This document shows, one piece after another, positions 9,611 to 19,650 of a DNA stretch of 64,000 nt (the stretch's first letter is position 1; each line of letters starts with the position of its first letter). A program made the position numbers and the translations under genes. The notes below the pieces were generated by a model. It saw only the letters and a list, made by a program, of their open reading frames with translations. It was not told the DNA's origin and made no database searches. Origin of the DNA: an uncultured Caldithrix sp. (lineage in GTDB: Bacteria > Calditrichota > Calditrichia > Calditrichales > Calditrichaceae); NCBI GenBank assembly GCA_964532875.1, contig CAZHIZ010000001.1:12100-76099 (forward strand), given 5' to 3'.

Positions 9611-10153
9611 ATGATGCTGAAATCGCTTATCACCTCGGAAACACGAGTGAAGCTGCTCATGCGATTGTTTTTGAATCCCGATATGAGCGGTTACCTGCGC
9701 CAGTTGGCCAAAGAATTCGGAGAATCCACCAATAGTATCCGGTTAGAATTGAACAAGCTGACCGAAGCCAAACTGTTGAGTGTGGAAACCGAGGGACGGA
9801 ATAAGGTGTACCGGGCCAATAAAAAGCACCCTTTGTTTGAAGATATTCGCAATATTGTGGTCAAATCCATTGGAATTGACAAAGTAGCGGCCAATATCAT
9901 TAATAAATTGGGCAATGTCCGTTTTGCCTTCATTCGCGGCGATTACGCGGTGGGCAAAGACAGCGGATTGATCGATTTGGTTGTGGTGGGAGACAGAATC
10001 AATATGCAGGAATTGGAGCGTGTGCGCAAAAAAACGGAAAGCCTGATCGGAAGAAAGATCAGTGTATTAACGCTCACTCCCGATGAATACGCCAAGTTGA
10101 AAGAAACTTTTCTGAAAGACCCCGTTTTAATATTGTTGCAGGAGAGTGATTGA
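9611..10153 (+). CDS. winged-helix (ArsR-like) regulator with nucleotidyltransferase-like C-terminal domain
   Basis: 'SETRVKLLMRLFLNPDMSGYLRQLAKEFGESTNSIRLELNKLTEAKLL' is an ArsR-type wHTH. The C-terminal 'GLIDLVVVGD' is NTase-like. Sits directly upstream of glycosyltransferase genes. Confidence 0.65.
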   Translation: MMLKSLITSETRVKLLMRLFLNPDMSGYLRQLAKEFGESTNSIRLELNKLTEAKLLSVETEGRNKVYRANKKHPLFEDIRNIVVKSIGIDKVAANIINKLGNVRFAFIRGDYAVGKDSGLIDLVVVGDRINMQELERVRKKTESLIGRKISVLTLTPDEYAKLKETFLKDPVLILLQESD

Positions 10154-11346
10154 TGCGCATCGGCATGGTGCTGGATCGGGAGTTTCCACCGGACGATCGG
10201 GTAGAAAAAGAGGCCCGGCATTTAATTGAAGCGGGCTTTGAAGTGCATCTGTTGTGTTTTTCATTCGGCAAATTGCCTGCCGCCGAAACCTACAAAGGCA
10301 TTCGGGTTCATCGGGTTTTCATGCCGCGGTTTTTATTCAAAAAACTTTCGGCTTTAATTCTGACCGTGCCTTTTTATGGACGATTCTGGAAAAAACATAT
10401 AGCGCGGTTTGTTCAAGAAAATGAAATTGATGTCCTGCACATCCACGATTTGCCTTTAGTGGGTGTCGGTCTGGAAATTAAACGCAGGTTTAATATTCCG
10501 CTTGTGGCGGATATGCACGAAAATTACCCGATATTTATTTCCGAAATTAAGTTTGCCAATACTTTTTTAGGACGGCTTACCATCAGTAAAAAGAAATGGT
10601 TTGCCAAAGAGCGGGAATGGCTCGGTTCCGTGGATCGCATTGTGGTGGTGGATGATGGGATGGGGCGCCGATTGCAATTGGTATTGGGGCGCAAAGTCGG
10701 GTTCGTTACCGTTCCCAATACGCCGGAGATTAAGGAAGTCTTGCAATCTCAGGTCGATTTGCCGCACCTGCGGGACAAATATCGGCAGCATTTCGTTGTT
10801 TTTTATTTCGGCGGATTGGACAGCCGGCGCGGATTGGACAGTTTGATCGAAGCCGTTCCCTTGTTAAAAGAGCAGATTAAAAATTTGAAAGTGGTCATCG
10901 TAGGTTCCGGTTCGTACCGGAGCGATTTGCAGGGGAAAATTCGAAAACTTAAAATCGAGCCGTGGATTGACTTTGAAGGATGGCATCCGGTCAGTCATTT
11001 GCAGGCTTACATGCGTCTGGTCGGCGTTTGCGTTATTCCGCATTTAAAATCACCGCAAACCGACAATTCCAGTCCCAATAAATTATTTTTGTACATGTTG
11101 TTCAAAAAACCGGTGATTGCCAGTAATTGTCAATCCATTCAGCGTATTATTGAAGAAAACAAATGCGGGTTGGTTTTTCAAAGCGGGAACAGCGAAGAGT
11201 TAGCGCAAAAAATTTTGTATGTACACGACCACGAAGATGAAGCGCGTCAAATGGCTGAGCGCGGTTATCGGGCGGTGGTGGAAAAATACGATTGGAAAAT
11301 CGGAGCGGATCGCTTGATAAAAATGTACAAAGGACTGCTGCAATGA
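10153..11346 (+). CDS. glycosyltransferase, GT4 family
   Basis: GT-B fold pattern with a C-terminal 'PSPQ/E..P.K..EY' like block ('PHLKSPQTDNSSPNKLFLYM'). The ATG at 10153 overlaps the upstream stop (TGATG); GGAG 8 nt upstream. Confidence 0.8.
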   Translation: MRIGMVLDREFPPDDRVEKEARHLIEAGFEVHLLCFSFGKLPAAETYKGIRVHRVFMPRFLFKKLSALILTVPFYGRFWKKHIARFVQENEIDVLHIHDLPLVGVGLEIKRRFNIPLVADMHENYPIFISEIKFANTFLGRLTISKKKWFAKEREWLGSVDRIVVVDDGMGRRLQLVLGRKVGFVTVPNTPEIKEVLQSQVDLPHLRDKYRQHFVVFYFGGLDSRRGLDSLIEAVPLLKEQIKNLKVVIVGSGSYRSDLQGKIRKLKIEPWIDFEGWHPVSHLQAYMRLVGVCVIPHLKSPQTDNSSPNKLFLYMLFKKPVIASNCQSIQRIIEENKCGLVFQSGNSEELAQKILYVHDHEDEARQMAERGYRAVVEKYDWKIGADRLIKMYKGLLQ

Positions 11347-12392
11347 AAATCGCAACGATTGTGGGAGCACGGCCGCAATTCATCAAAGCGGCGGCCGTAA
11401 GTCGCGTGTTACGCAAAAATGCGGGCATACGTGAGGTGCTGATTCACACGGGTCAGCATTACGATGCGAATATGTCCAGGATTTTTTTCGATGAGTTGCA
11501 CATTCCGGAGCCGGATTACAATTTGGAAGTAGGTTCGGGATCACACGGGCGGCAAACCGGTTTAATGCTGGAACGGATTGAGAAGGTGTTGCTAGCAGAA
11601 AAGCCGGATTGGGTGTTAACTTATGGCGATACCAATTCGACGGTAGCCGGTTCGTTGACGTCAGCCAAGCTGCATATTCCCACGGCCCATGTGGAAGCCG
11701 GATTGCGCAGTTTTAATCGCCGAATGCCGGAAGAAATCAACCGCATTGCCACGGATCATATTTCGGATTTGCTGTTTGCCCCCACGCAAAATGCCATGCA
11801 CCTGTTGGCAAAGGAAGGATTGGCGGAGAGGGCTCGCTTTAGCGGCGATGTGATGTTCGATTCCATTTTGCATTACAAGCAACTGGTAAACGAAAGTCAT
11901 CGGCCTGAGGCCCTGGGTGATTTGCAGGATTTTTATTTGGCCACGGTGCATCGGCCGGAGAATACGGATAATCCGCAACGTTTAAAACGCATTTTTTCGG
12001 CATTTGCCCGGTTGCCAAAACCAGTGATCGTTCCTTTGCATCCGCGCACGCAAAAGTTGCTGAGTCAGGTTCCGATTGGTGCGAATGTAAAAATTTTACA
12101 GCCGGTAAGCTATTTGCAAATGCTTTATTTATTGAAGCATTGTGCCATGGTTTTGACCGATAGCGGAGGCCTGCAGAAGGAAGCCTATTTTATGCAGAAG
12201 GCCTGTGTTACTTTGCGCGACGAGACGGAGTGGGTAGAAACCCTGGAGAACGGGTGGAATGTTATTGTGGGGGCGAACGAAGAAAAAATTGTACAGGCGG
12301 TAGCACGCAGGCAACCCGGCGAACAGAGTTTGGCCTTTGGGGACGGGCACGCAGCAGAGAAGATAGTGAGATTTTTACAAAGTTTTATGTGA
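11343..12392 (+). CDS. wecB: UDP-N-acetylglucosamine 2-epimerase (non-hydrolysing)
   Basis: 'KIATIVGARPQFIK', 'YGDTNST', 'HVEAGLRSFNRRMPEE'. The start (ATGA) overlaps the stop of the preceding GT. Confidence 0.9.
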   Translation: MKIATIVGARPQFIKAAAVSRVLRKNAGIREVLIHTGQHYDANMSRIFFDELHIPEPDYNLEVGSGSHGRQTGLMLERIEKVLLAEKPDWVLTYGDTNSTVAGSLTSAKLHIPTAHVEAGLRSFNRRMPEEINRIATDHISDLLFAPTQNAMHLLAKEGLAERARFSGDVMFDSILHYKQLVNESHRPEALGDLQDFYLATVHRPENTDNPQRLKRIFSAFARLPKPVIVPLHPRTQKLLSQVPIGANVKILQPVSYLQMLYLLKHCAMVLTDSGGLQKEAYFMQKACVTLRDETEWVETLENGWNVIVGANEEKIVQAVARRQPGEQSLAFGDGHAAEKIVRFLQSFM

Positions 12393-12604
12393 ATTTTGAA
12401 AACGATCAATAAAGACTATTATTCTAAAATAGTAGTTGCTTGAATGGATGTAAAAATATGGCGAATAATTTAGAAAATCTTATGGGATTTTTAAGTTTTG
12501 ATTAATGGCGCAAATCCACTCTGTTTTGGCTTGGGAATAAAATGGTGAGACTGGTTTTGTTTATGGATCATCAGAGTAATTGACCATATAAAAAATGAAA
12601 GATA

Positions 12605-13762
12605 ATGGTGAAGAAATTACGTATTGCCGTAATCACTTCGTGGTTTCCTAAAGATCAAGCAGATTTTTCGGGAATTTTTATCAGGGAACAGGTGGAAGTA
12701 CTTGGTGAGCGCTTCCAGATCGATGTGGTTCATCCTGAGATAGATTATTCTGTTTTTCGACCGTTCTTTTCAAAAAGAATATCGGAATTCGAAATAAAAG
12801 GGATACCGGTGATCCGAATTCAGGTTCGTCAATCATTCCCTATCTTCAACCAATGGAATTTTTTAGTTGCAACTAAACATTATATTGTGAATCGTTTAAA
12901 GGATCAGAAAATCGATTTGATTCATTGCCATGTTTCCTATCCGGCGGGTGTGTTAGGTATGCTGGTTGCCAATAGGTTAGGAGTTCCTTTTGTTATTACC
13001 GAACATTACGGAGATTTTGTGGGACTTTTTCGTACCCCTATTCATAAATATCTTATACTCCGTGCAATGAGTAAGGCTGCAGGCATAAGTACAGTTTCGC
13101 AGTATTCACGCCGGATAATCCAGCGTTTTACAAATACTCCAATCACCGTTGTTCCGAATGTCATTGATGTTTCTAAATTTTCCTTGATAAAAAACAAGAA
13201 ACCTGAAAAAAGAGAAATAATGGCTGGTTTTTTGGGAGGATTGGATACGGATGTGAAAGGCTTAGATATCTTATTGCGGGCCGTTGCCGAATTGCCTCGC
13301 TTGCCATTGGTCATCAAAATAGGCGGGGACGGGAAATTATTAGGCCATTATAAGGGATTGGCCAGGCAGCTTGGTCTTGCAGAAAAATGTATTTTTATGG
13401 GTAAAATACCGGTTGATCGGCGTTTTGAATTTTTTAATTCTTTAGACTTTTTTATTCTGTCAAGCAGACACGAATCATTTGGCGTTGTCCTGTTGGAGGC
13501 TATGGCCAGCGGTTTGCCGGTCGTAGCCACCCGATGTGGCGGGCCTGAAGAGATAGTAGACAAGGAAAACGGAATTTTGGTAGAAAAAGAAAATCCTCCG
13601 GCTCTGGCAAAAGGATTACAAATAATGATAAAACAGTACGCTTTATTTGATCCTTTAAAAATTCGTACACGAGTGGCCAGATATTTTGGAAAGGAAGCAT
13701 TCCTCACAAGGATGGAAAAATTTTATCTTGGGGTTCTGCAGGGAAGAGAGAAAAATGGCTAA
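12605..13762 (+). CDS. glycosyltransferase, GT4 family
   Basis: 'FFILSSRHESFGVVLLEAMASGLPVVATRCGGPEEIV' is the classic GT4 E-x7-E region. Confidence 0.85.
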   Translation: MVKKLRIAVITSWFPKDQADFSGIFIREQVEVLGERFQIDVVHPEIDYSVFRPFFSKRISEFEIKGIPVIRIQVRQSFPIFNQWNFLVATKHYIVNRLKDQKIDLIHCHVSYPAGVLGMLVANRLGVPFVITEHYGDFVGLFRTPIHKYLILRAMSKAAGISTVSQYSRRIIQRFTNTPITVVPNVIDVSKFSLIKNKKPEKREIMAGFLGGLDTDVKGLDILLRAVAELPRLPLVIKIGGDGKLLGHYKGLARQLGLAEKCIFMGKIPVDRRFEFFNSLDFFILSSRHESFGVVLLEAMASGLPVVATRCGGPEEIVDKENGILVEKENPPALAKGLQIMIKQYALFDPLKIRTRVARYFGKEAFLTRMEKFYLGVLQGREKNG

Positions 13763-14963
13763 AAGATTTCAAACGCTTTATAAATTTTTATTATTTAACG
13801 GATTACGTTTCTTATCCTTTTTTGCTCCGAAAAATCCGCATATTTGGGTATTTGGTGAATTTTACGGTCGGAGTTTTTCTGGGAATCCAAAATATTTCTT
13901 TATGTATCTGTTACGTTATTCTAAAGGCGCTTTACGACCTATTTGGCTGAGCTCGAATGATGTTGTTATCGACGAAGTTCAACATCTGGGCGGTGAAGCT
14001 TATCGCATTAATTCCCTTAAAGCATTGTACTTTGGCCTCCGCGCCAAAGTTTATGTTTATTCTCATGGTGTGGAAGATGTTGGAAATTATGCCGTACGAA
14101 AGGCTGTGTTGATCAATTTGTGGCATGGAATGCCCATCAAAGACATTCGGAAATTTGAACGCTTAAAAAGTGAAAATATTTCTTTATTACGTCAGAAGAA
14201 AATTCGATTTATTCAAAGACTGATCAAATACGAAGAGAAAGGAAATTATGATTTAATTATTTCTACTTCTGATTTGACAGCTAAAACTTTTGAAAGTGCC
14301 TTTCTGAAAAGACCTAAAAAAATTGTAATTACGGGCGAGCCGAAAAACGATTTGTTTTTTTTACGTTCCCGTAATGAAATTTTGCAAAGCTACGGATTAC
14401 ACAAGTGGGTTGAGAAGACGATTATTACTTATATGCCGACGTTCAGAGACAAACGCCTTCCGAAACCATCACAAATTGCTTTTTGGGAAAATTTGACATT
14501 GCCTAAAAACGATACGGTTTTACTGCTTCATTGGCATCCTTCTGACCCATTAAGAAAAGTTTTTTCTGTCGTAAAAACACCGTTTGTTCAAATAGCTAAC
14601 AACCTATCATTAGATGTGCAGGAATTATTATTAATTTCGGATATTTTAGTAACTGATTATTCCAGTTGTTTCATCGATTTTTTATTATTAGACAGGCCGG
14701 TTGTGTTTTTTGCTTATGATCTTGAAGATTACCGCAAATACCGCGGATTTTTATATGAGTATGAGCAAATTTCTCCGGGAGCTATTACACATTCTAAAGA
14801 AGAAACGGCGCGGGTAATCGAGATGTATGCGGCAAACCCGCAATTAGATTTTAACAAACGTCAAAAGAAAAAAAAAATGTTTCATAAATACCAAAAGGGA
14901 CCTTTTTCTCCAAATGTTCTACGAGAAATCACGCTGTGTTTGGCAACGAAAGATAGGGGATAA
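13755..14963 (+). CDS. CDP-glycerol glycerophosphotransferase (TagB/TagF family)
   Basis: 'ITYMPTFRD' and 'LVTDYSSCFIDFLLLDRPVVFFAYDLEDY' match the TagF-type catalytic domain. Start moved to MAKRFQ (ATG 13755), overlapping the upstream stop by 8 nt. Confidence 0.8.
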   Translation: MAKRFQTLYKFLLFNGLRFLSFFAPKNPHIWVFGEFYGRSFSGNPKYFFMYLLRYSKGALRPIWLSSNDVVIDEVQHLGGEAYRINSLKALYFGLRAKVYVYSHGVEDVGNYAVRKAVLINLWHGMPIKDIRKFERLKSENISLLRQKKIRFIQRLIKYEEKGNYDLIISTSDLTAKTFESAFLKRPKKIVITGEPKNDLFFLRSRNEILQSYGLHKWVEKTIITYMPTFRDKRLPKPSQIAFWENLTLPKNDTVLLLHWHPSDPLRKVFSVVKTPFVQIANNLSLDVQELLLISDILVTDYSSCFIDFLLLDRPVVFFAYDLEDYRKYRGFLYEYEQISPGAITHSKEETARVIEMYAANPQLDFNKRQKKKKMFHKYQKGPFSPNVLREITLCLATKDRG

Positions 14964-14965
14964 TT

Positions 14966-16495
14966 ATGTGTGGAATTTTAGCGGTTATCAATCTTAATAT
15001 CGATAAAGGTAAATTTTTGAAAGCATTGCAATTAATGGAACATCGGGGGCCTGACAATTCAGGTATTTTCCATGATCATAATAATTGGTTTGGACATAAT
15101 AGGCTAAGTATTCTCGATTTGAATGAACGTTCGAATCAACCTTTTTTTTACAAAGACTATCTAATTATTTACAATGGAGAAGTTTACAATTACAAAGAGT
15201 TGGCGCAGGAGCATCAAATTCAAACCGATACGACTTCCGATACGGAAGTTGTATTAAAAATGTTTATCAAATACGGTGAAAAAGCTCTTGAATTTTTCAA
15301 TGGGATGTTTGCTTTTGTTATTTACAATTTAAAAAGCAAAGAAATTTTTGTCGCTCGTGACCGTTTGGGTATTAAACCGCTTTATTACAGAGAGATTGAC
15401 GGGGGTATCATTTTCTCAAGTGAAATTGCTCCTATCTTATATTTATATGAAGATTCGATAAGTGATTTTGCCATACGCCAATACAAAAAGTTGCGTATGA
15501 CCGTGCAAAATCATACGCTTTACGAACATATTTTTTTCTTTCCCGCCGCTCACTATTTTAAAAACAATCAATTCCATATTTATTGGGAATTGGATTATTC
15601 ACCAAAAGAGCCACCCCGTGATGATGAATTGCGTTGGTTAATTGAAGATGCCGTGCGCTTACGTAAACGTTCGGATGTACCAGTGGGAAGTTATTTAAGC
15701 GGTGGTTTGGACAGTACGGTATTGACCTATCTTTTACGTCCTGACCATACATGGACTGTCGGTTTTGATGAATTGAATGAGTTTAAGTGGGGACGATTGG
15801 CGGCACGGAATTTATCTTCAAAGCATCACGAAGTTTTAGTAAATAAAGATCAATTTTTGCAAACGACAGAGTGGATGGTAAAAAAACGTAAAGAACCGTT
15901 ATCGGTTCCAAATGAAGTGCTGCTGTTTTTAATGACACGGGAAGTAAAAAAAGAAAATACGGTAGTGTTATCCGGAGAAGGGGCAGATGAGTTGTTTTGG
16001 GGTTACGATCGTATTTTTAAGTGGGCCCATCAGGCTAATGAACTAACCTTTGAAGCCTTCGACCAATATTATTGTTACGGTTCCGAGAAAGATGATGAAA
16101 TAATTGCTTTTGCTCTACAGGATTTACCATCCGGCTCAGTGGAACAAAAAATCGGATATTATTTTCAAACCGTCCATTTACACGGACTATTGAGGCGAGT
16201 GGATAATTCGACCATGCTGAATAGTGTGGAAGCTCGCGTTCCGTTTGTAGATCACCGTTTAGTCGAACGTTTGGCGGGTGTGCCATTTGAATGGAAAATG
16301 GGGAATTCATTTAAAGAGCCGCTAAAACGGCTATTTAAAGATTTGATTCCGAAAGAAATTATAGCGCGGAAGAAAGTGGGGTTTCCGGTCCCCTTGGAAA
16401 CTATTTTTTTGTCAATACCGGATGGAAAGAAACCGTATGACGCCTGGTTTTCTTTTAACTTAAACCTATTAAAAACGGAGGTAGAAGATGTCTAA
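14966..16495 (+). CDS. asparagine synthase (glutamine-hydrolysing)-like amidotransferase
   Basis: N-terminal nucleophile 'MCGI' and PP-loop 'SYLSGGLDST'. Its position inside a polysaccharide locus suggests a sugar/uronate amidotransferase role (inference). Confidence 0.85.
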   Translation: MCGILAVINLNIDKGKFLKALQLMEHRGPDNSGIFHDHNNWFGHNRLSILDLNERSNQPFFYKDYLIIYNGEVYNYKELAQEHQIQTDTTSDTEVVLKMFIKYGEKALEFFNGMFAFVIYNLKSKEIFVARDRLGIKPLYYREIDGGIIFSSEIAPILYLYEDSISDFAIRQYKKLRMTVQNHTLYEHIFFFPAAHYFKNNQFHIYWELDYSPKEPPRDDELRWLIEDAVRLRKRSDVPVGSYLSGGLDSTVLTYLLRPDHTWTVGFDELNEFKWGRLAARNLSSKHHEVLVNKDQFLQTTEWMVKKRKEPLSVPNEVLLFLMTREVKKENTVVLSGEGADELFWGYDRIFKWAHQANELTFEAFDQYYCYGSEKDDEIIAFALQDLPSGSVEQKIGYYFQTVHLHGLLRRVDNSTMLNSVEARVPFVDHRLVERLAGVPFEWKMGNSFKEPLKRLFKDLIPKEIIARKKVGFPVPLETIFLSIPDGKKPYDAWFSFNLNLLKTEVEDV

Positions 16496-16919
16496 CTTAG
16501 TAATCGGTTACACAACCGGTGTATTTGATTTGTTTCACATTGGCCATTTAAATTTGTTGCGCAATGCCAAAGCGCTTTGTGATAAATTAATTGTGGGGGT
16601 ATCAACGGATGAATTAGTAGCGTACAAAAATAAAAGAGCTGTCATTCCATTCCATGAGCGTATGGAAATTGTACGGCATATTGATGTAGTTGATGCTGTT
16701 ATTCCACAAGAAGATATGAATAAATTCGAAATGTGGAAAAAATTGAAGTTTGATATCATGTTTGTTGGCGATGACTGGTACAATACACCAAAATGGGAAG
16801 ATTTCGAGCGTCAATTCAAAGAAGTTGGCGTACGAATTGTTTACTTTCCATATACCAAAGGAACGTCTTCGACTTTAATCAATGAAACGTTAAAAAAGTT
16901 ACGAAACGAATCATTATAA
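16488..16919 (+). CDS. tagD: glycerol-3-phosphate cytidylyltransferase
   Basis: 'GYTTGVFDLFHIGHLNLLRNAK' (HxGH), 'VGDDW', 'GTSST'; ~140 aa. Overlaps the upstream gene by 8 nt. Confidence 0.88.
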   Translation: MSNLVIGYTTGVFDLFHIGHLNLLRNAKALCDKLIVGVSTDELVAYKNKRAVIPFHERMEIVRHIDVVDAVIPQEDMNKFEMWKKLKFDIMFVGDDWYNTPKWEDFERQFKEVGVRIVYFPYTKGTSSTLINETLKKLRNESL

Positions 16920-16934
16920 ATCTGAGATTTCCCT

Positions 16935-18389
16935 GTGGCCACCGTCAAAGATCATCTGAAAATTGCTGCAAAAAATTCCGCTATTTATAGTTTAGGACCA
17001 CTTTCCTCAAAAGTGGCCGGATTTGTGTTGCTTCCGCTTTACACTTCTCACCTTACGTTGTCGGAATATGGGATTTTGGGTATTGTAGATGTAACAATGC
17101 AAATCTTTGTTTCCATTTTCGGTTTTGGGCTAAATTGGGCATTTAACCGTTGGTATTGGGACAAAGAATATATTCACAAACAAAAAATTATTTTTTTTAG
17201 CTTATTCGTTTTTTTGGCTGCCACCAGTTTGGTGATGTTTGTACTATTTTTGCCTTTTACTAAGCAATTTTCAATTCTTTTATTTAATAGTGCAAAATAC
17301 GATTATGTATTCAAATTGATGTTAGTGGCTGCAGGTTTGCAAATTTTGACCAATTTACCTAATACGTTGCTTAAACTACAACAGCGGCCTTTTTTATTCT
17401 CTTTATCGAATACAGCTAAGTTAGTTATTTCGCTGACGTTTACCGTGTTGTTTATCGTACAATTTCATAGGGGTATTCGCGGAATTTACGAAGCCCTGAT
17501 CCTTGGATTTATTATGTATTTTTTGTTGTTGGTAAAATACATTTACAGAAATTTGGAATTTAAATTCGATTGGACTATCATTAAGGAAATGTTGTTGTTT
17601 AGCTTACCCTTAATGGGCTCTTCTACGGCGACCGTTGTACTTTCCTTTGCCGATCGATATGTGCTAAAGTTTATCGGCGGGTTAAACGATGTAGGGATTT
17701 ATTCTTTAGGGTATAAACTTTCTAATACCATAAAAGTATTTATCATTCAATCGGTCATTTTAGCTATCTCGCCTATTATTTACAAGGTGATGTATGATGA
17801 AAACAGTGGTGAATTTTATTCGCGTTTGATGACTTATTTCGCCTTCCTTTTAATGGTTGTCGTGGTAGGGGTTTCCTTATTTGGAAAAGAATTAGTAATG
17901 GTTTTGGCTAAAAACAAAGATTATTGGGATGCATACAAAGTTATTCCCATATTATCTCTGGCCATGTTGTTTATCGGTATACGTTATATTGCTGAAATTG
18001 GTTTGAATATCGAAAAAAAGACAGGGACAAAAGCAAAGATTGTGGTGTTTGTTTCTTTAATTAATATTATTTTGAACATCTTATTAATTCCGCTTTGGCA
18101 ATCGATTGGGGCATCTGTGGCAATGCTTATTTCACAGATTTTATATTTTGTGTTGAATTATTATTATGGGCAAAAATATTATTTTATTCCATTCGAATTG
18201 AAACGATTAAATATTATTTTGTTTCTTACGGGGGGGTATATTTTAGGGGCGTTATTAATAAATACTCAATTTTCCGTGATGCGCTTAATAATAAAAGCGG
18301 GGATGTTTCTATCAATCCCCGCTCTGCTCTATTTTTCTCGTTTTTTTAAAAAAGAAGAATTGAATGTACTAAAAAATATGTTGAAATAA
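16935..18389 (+). CDS. polysaccharide flippase (Wzx-like, MOP superfamily)
   Basis: 484-aa highly hydrophobic multi-TM protein at the end of a glycosyltransferase operon. GTG start; very AT-rich coding sequence. Confidence 0.75.
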   Translation: MATVKDHLKIAAKNSAIYSLGPLSSKVAGFVLLPLYTSHLTLSEYGILGIVDVTMQIFVSIFGFGLNWAFNRWYWDKEYIHKQKIIFFSLFVFLAATSLVMFVLFLPFTKQFSILLFNSAKYDYVFKLMLVAAGLQILTNLPNTLLKLQQRPFLFSLSNTAKLVISLTFTVLFIVQFHRGIRGIYEALILGFIMYFLLLVKYIYRNLEFKFDWTIIKEMLLFSLPLMGSSTATVVLSFADRYVLKFIGGLNDVGIYSLGYKLSNTIKVFIIQSVILAISPIIYKVMYDENSGEFYSRLMTYFAFLLMVVVVGVSLFGKELVMVLAKNKDYWDAYKVIPILSLAMLFIGIRYIAEIGLNIEKKTGTKAKIVVFVSLINIILNILLIPLWQSIGASVAMLISQILYFVLNYYYGQKYYFIPFELKRLNIILFLTGGYILGALLINTQFSVMRLIIKAGMFLSIPALLYFSRFFKKEELNVLKNMLK

Positions 18390-18400
18390 TATTAGAGTTG

Positions 18401-19639
18401 TTACCAGAAAATCGGCCGTGCATACCAAAAATAGTCATGCCCGTGCGTTATTTGTTCTAATGTGTTGGTATCTAAATCCCATCTAAAAAGTTGGCGATCC
18501 CGGTGTGTAGGGCCTACAATTAATGAAACAACCACCGATTTTTGATCAGGAGTGAACGTAGGGTAGGTCGGTTCACCGATTTCTGTTACATTTATTTCTT
18601 TCATTTCACCAATTTTATTCTTTACTACGATGGACATATACGTCGAATCTAAGGCCATTCTTGTATAAACATATTGGTTCCCATCTAAACTGAAAGCTAA
18701 AAATTCATCGTGATAGTTAGTCTCATTAATGAAAGACTCTTCTTGTGTGCCATCATGTTTAATACGAAAGATAGATTCGTTTCCTACTTTGTTTGTATGA
18801 TAATAGATCCAATCTTCTGTTGGGGGTGTTACCGGATATTTCTCAAAGAAACTATCGGCAATGATTGTATGAAAATCATTACCATTAATATCCACAGATC
18901 CTAAATTCCAATCATTATAAAGATCTCCATATTGTTTATAATTAAATAAAATCCGGTTTAAAGTTTGGGAATAAAATAAAAAGTTCGCATTGACATTGAG
19001 TTGCGCAATGGGAACAATTTTATGTTGAGGAATATTATATTTGCTGAGTATATCACGACCTTGTAAAAAGTAGAATTCAGCTCTTTTGGGATCTTCGTTT
19101 ACAACAAAAGGGTAACGTCCTTCGCCAAAGTCGACAATTTTTTTGGTTCTCAGGTTGAGCCCAATAATATGCCAAATATTTTCAGGAGTTAAAGCCATCA
19201 TTAGAAAATTTTGTTCGGTTACTTCTCCCCAACTTACCGTAATAATTAACCCACCGGTAACGGGATTGAGCTGCAAGTACACAGGGATGATTTGGCCGGG
19301 CTCTACCGTTACATTGGTATGACCGGTGTATAATAAAGTATTTTGTGCATCAAACGCATCGACTTGTAAGTACCAATCGCCGGGTAAAAGGTTTTCTACC
19401 TTGGCTATCGCTTTATCGCCTCTAATTTCAAAGGTAAAGAAAACGGTGTCTGCATCGGCGCGGGCTAAAAAGCCCTTAATAGCGGCAACATTCTGCGGCG
19501 CTGCCGACATGTCCATATTAAAAGTGATGCTTCCTTCGTTTGCAGGACCAGGAACGGGTTGGGTGGGATTGTCGTTCAGATTGGTGCAGTAGTTTAATAA
19601 CAACACCGCACCGATCAACAGAGCTATTTTTTTAAGCAT
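18401..19639 (-). CDS. lipoprotein: shared ~135-aa N-terminal module + PD40/TolB-like beta-propeller-type C-terminal region
   Basis: N-terminus 'MLKKIALLIGAVLLLNYCTNLNDNPT' is identical to the two downstream paralogs. The C-terminal 'FSLDGNQYVY', 'PTFTPDQKSVVV' are PD40-like. Confidence 0.7.
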   Translation of the reverse strand: MLKKIALLIGAVLLLNYCTNLNDNPTQPVPGPANEGSITFNMDMSAAPQNVAAIKGFLARADADTVFFTFEIRGDKAIAKVENLLPGDWYLQVDAFDAQNTLLYTGHTNVTVEPGQIIPVYLQLNPVTGGLIITVSWGEVTEQNFLMMALTPENIWHIIGLNLRTKKIVDFGEGRYPFVVNEDPKRAEFYFLQGRDILSKYNIPQHKIVPIAQLNVNANFLFYSQTLNRILFNYKQYGDLYNDWNLGSVDINGNDFHTIIADSFFEKYPVTPPTEDWIYYHTNKVGNESIFRIKHDGTQEESFINETNYHDEFLAFSLDGNQYVYTRMALDSTYMSIVVKNKIGEMKEINVTEIGEPTYPTFTPDQKSVVVSLIVGPTHRDRQLFRWDLDTNTLEQITHGHDYFWYARPIFW

Positions 19640-19650
19640 GGCCTTACCTC

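Noticed and set aside
13686-13754. ORF-track upstream extension of the TagF-like gene. Similar 5' extensions occur at 4847, 11292, 25731, 32723, 40125, 44642 and 61679.
   Set aside because: In each case an internal ATG has a properly spaced SD and/or gives the canonical family N-terminus or signal peptide. The extension overlaps the upstream gene or the SD itself.
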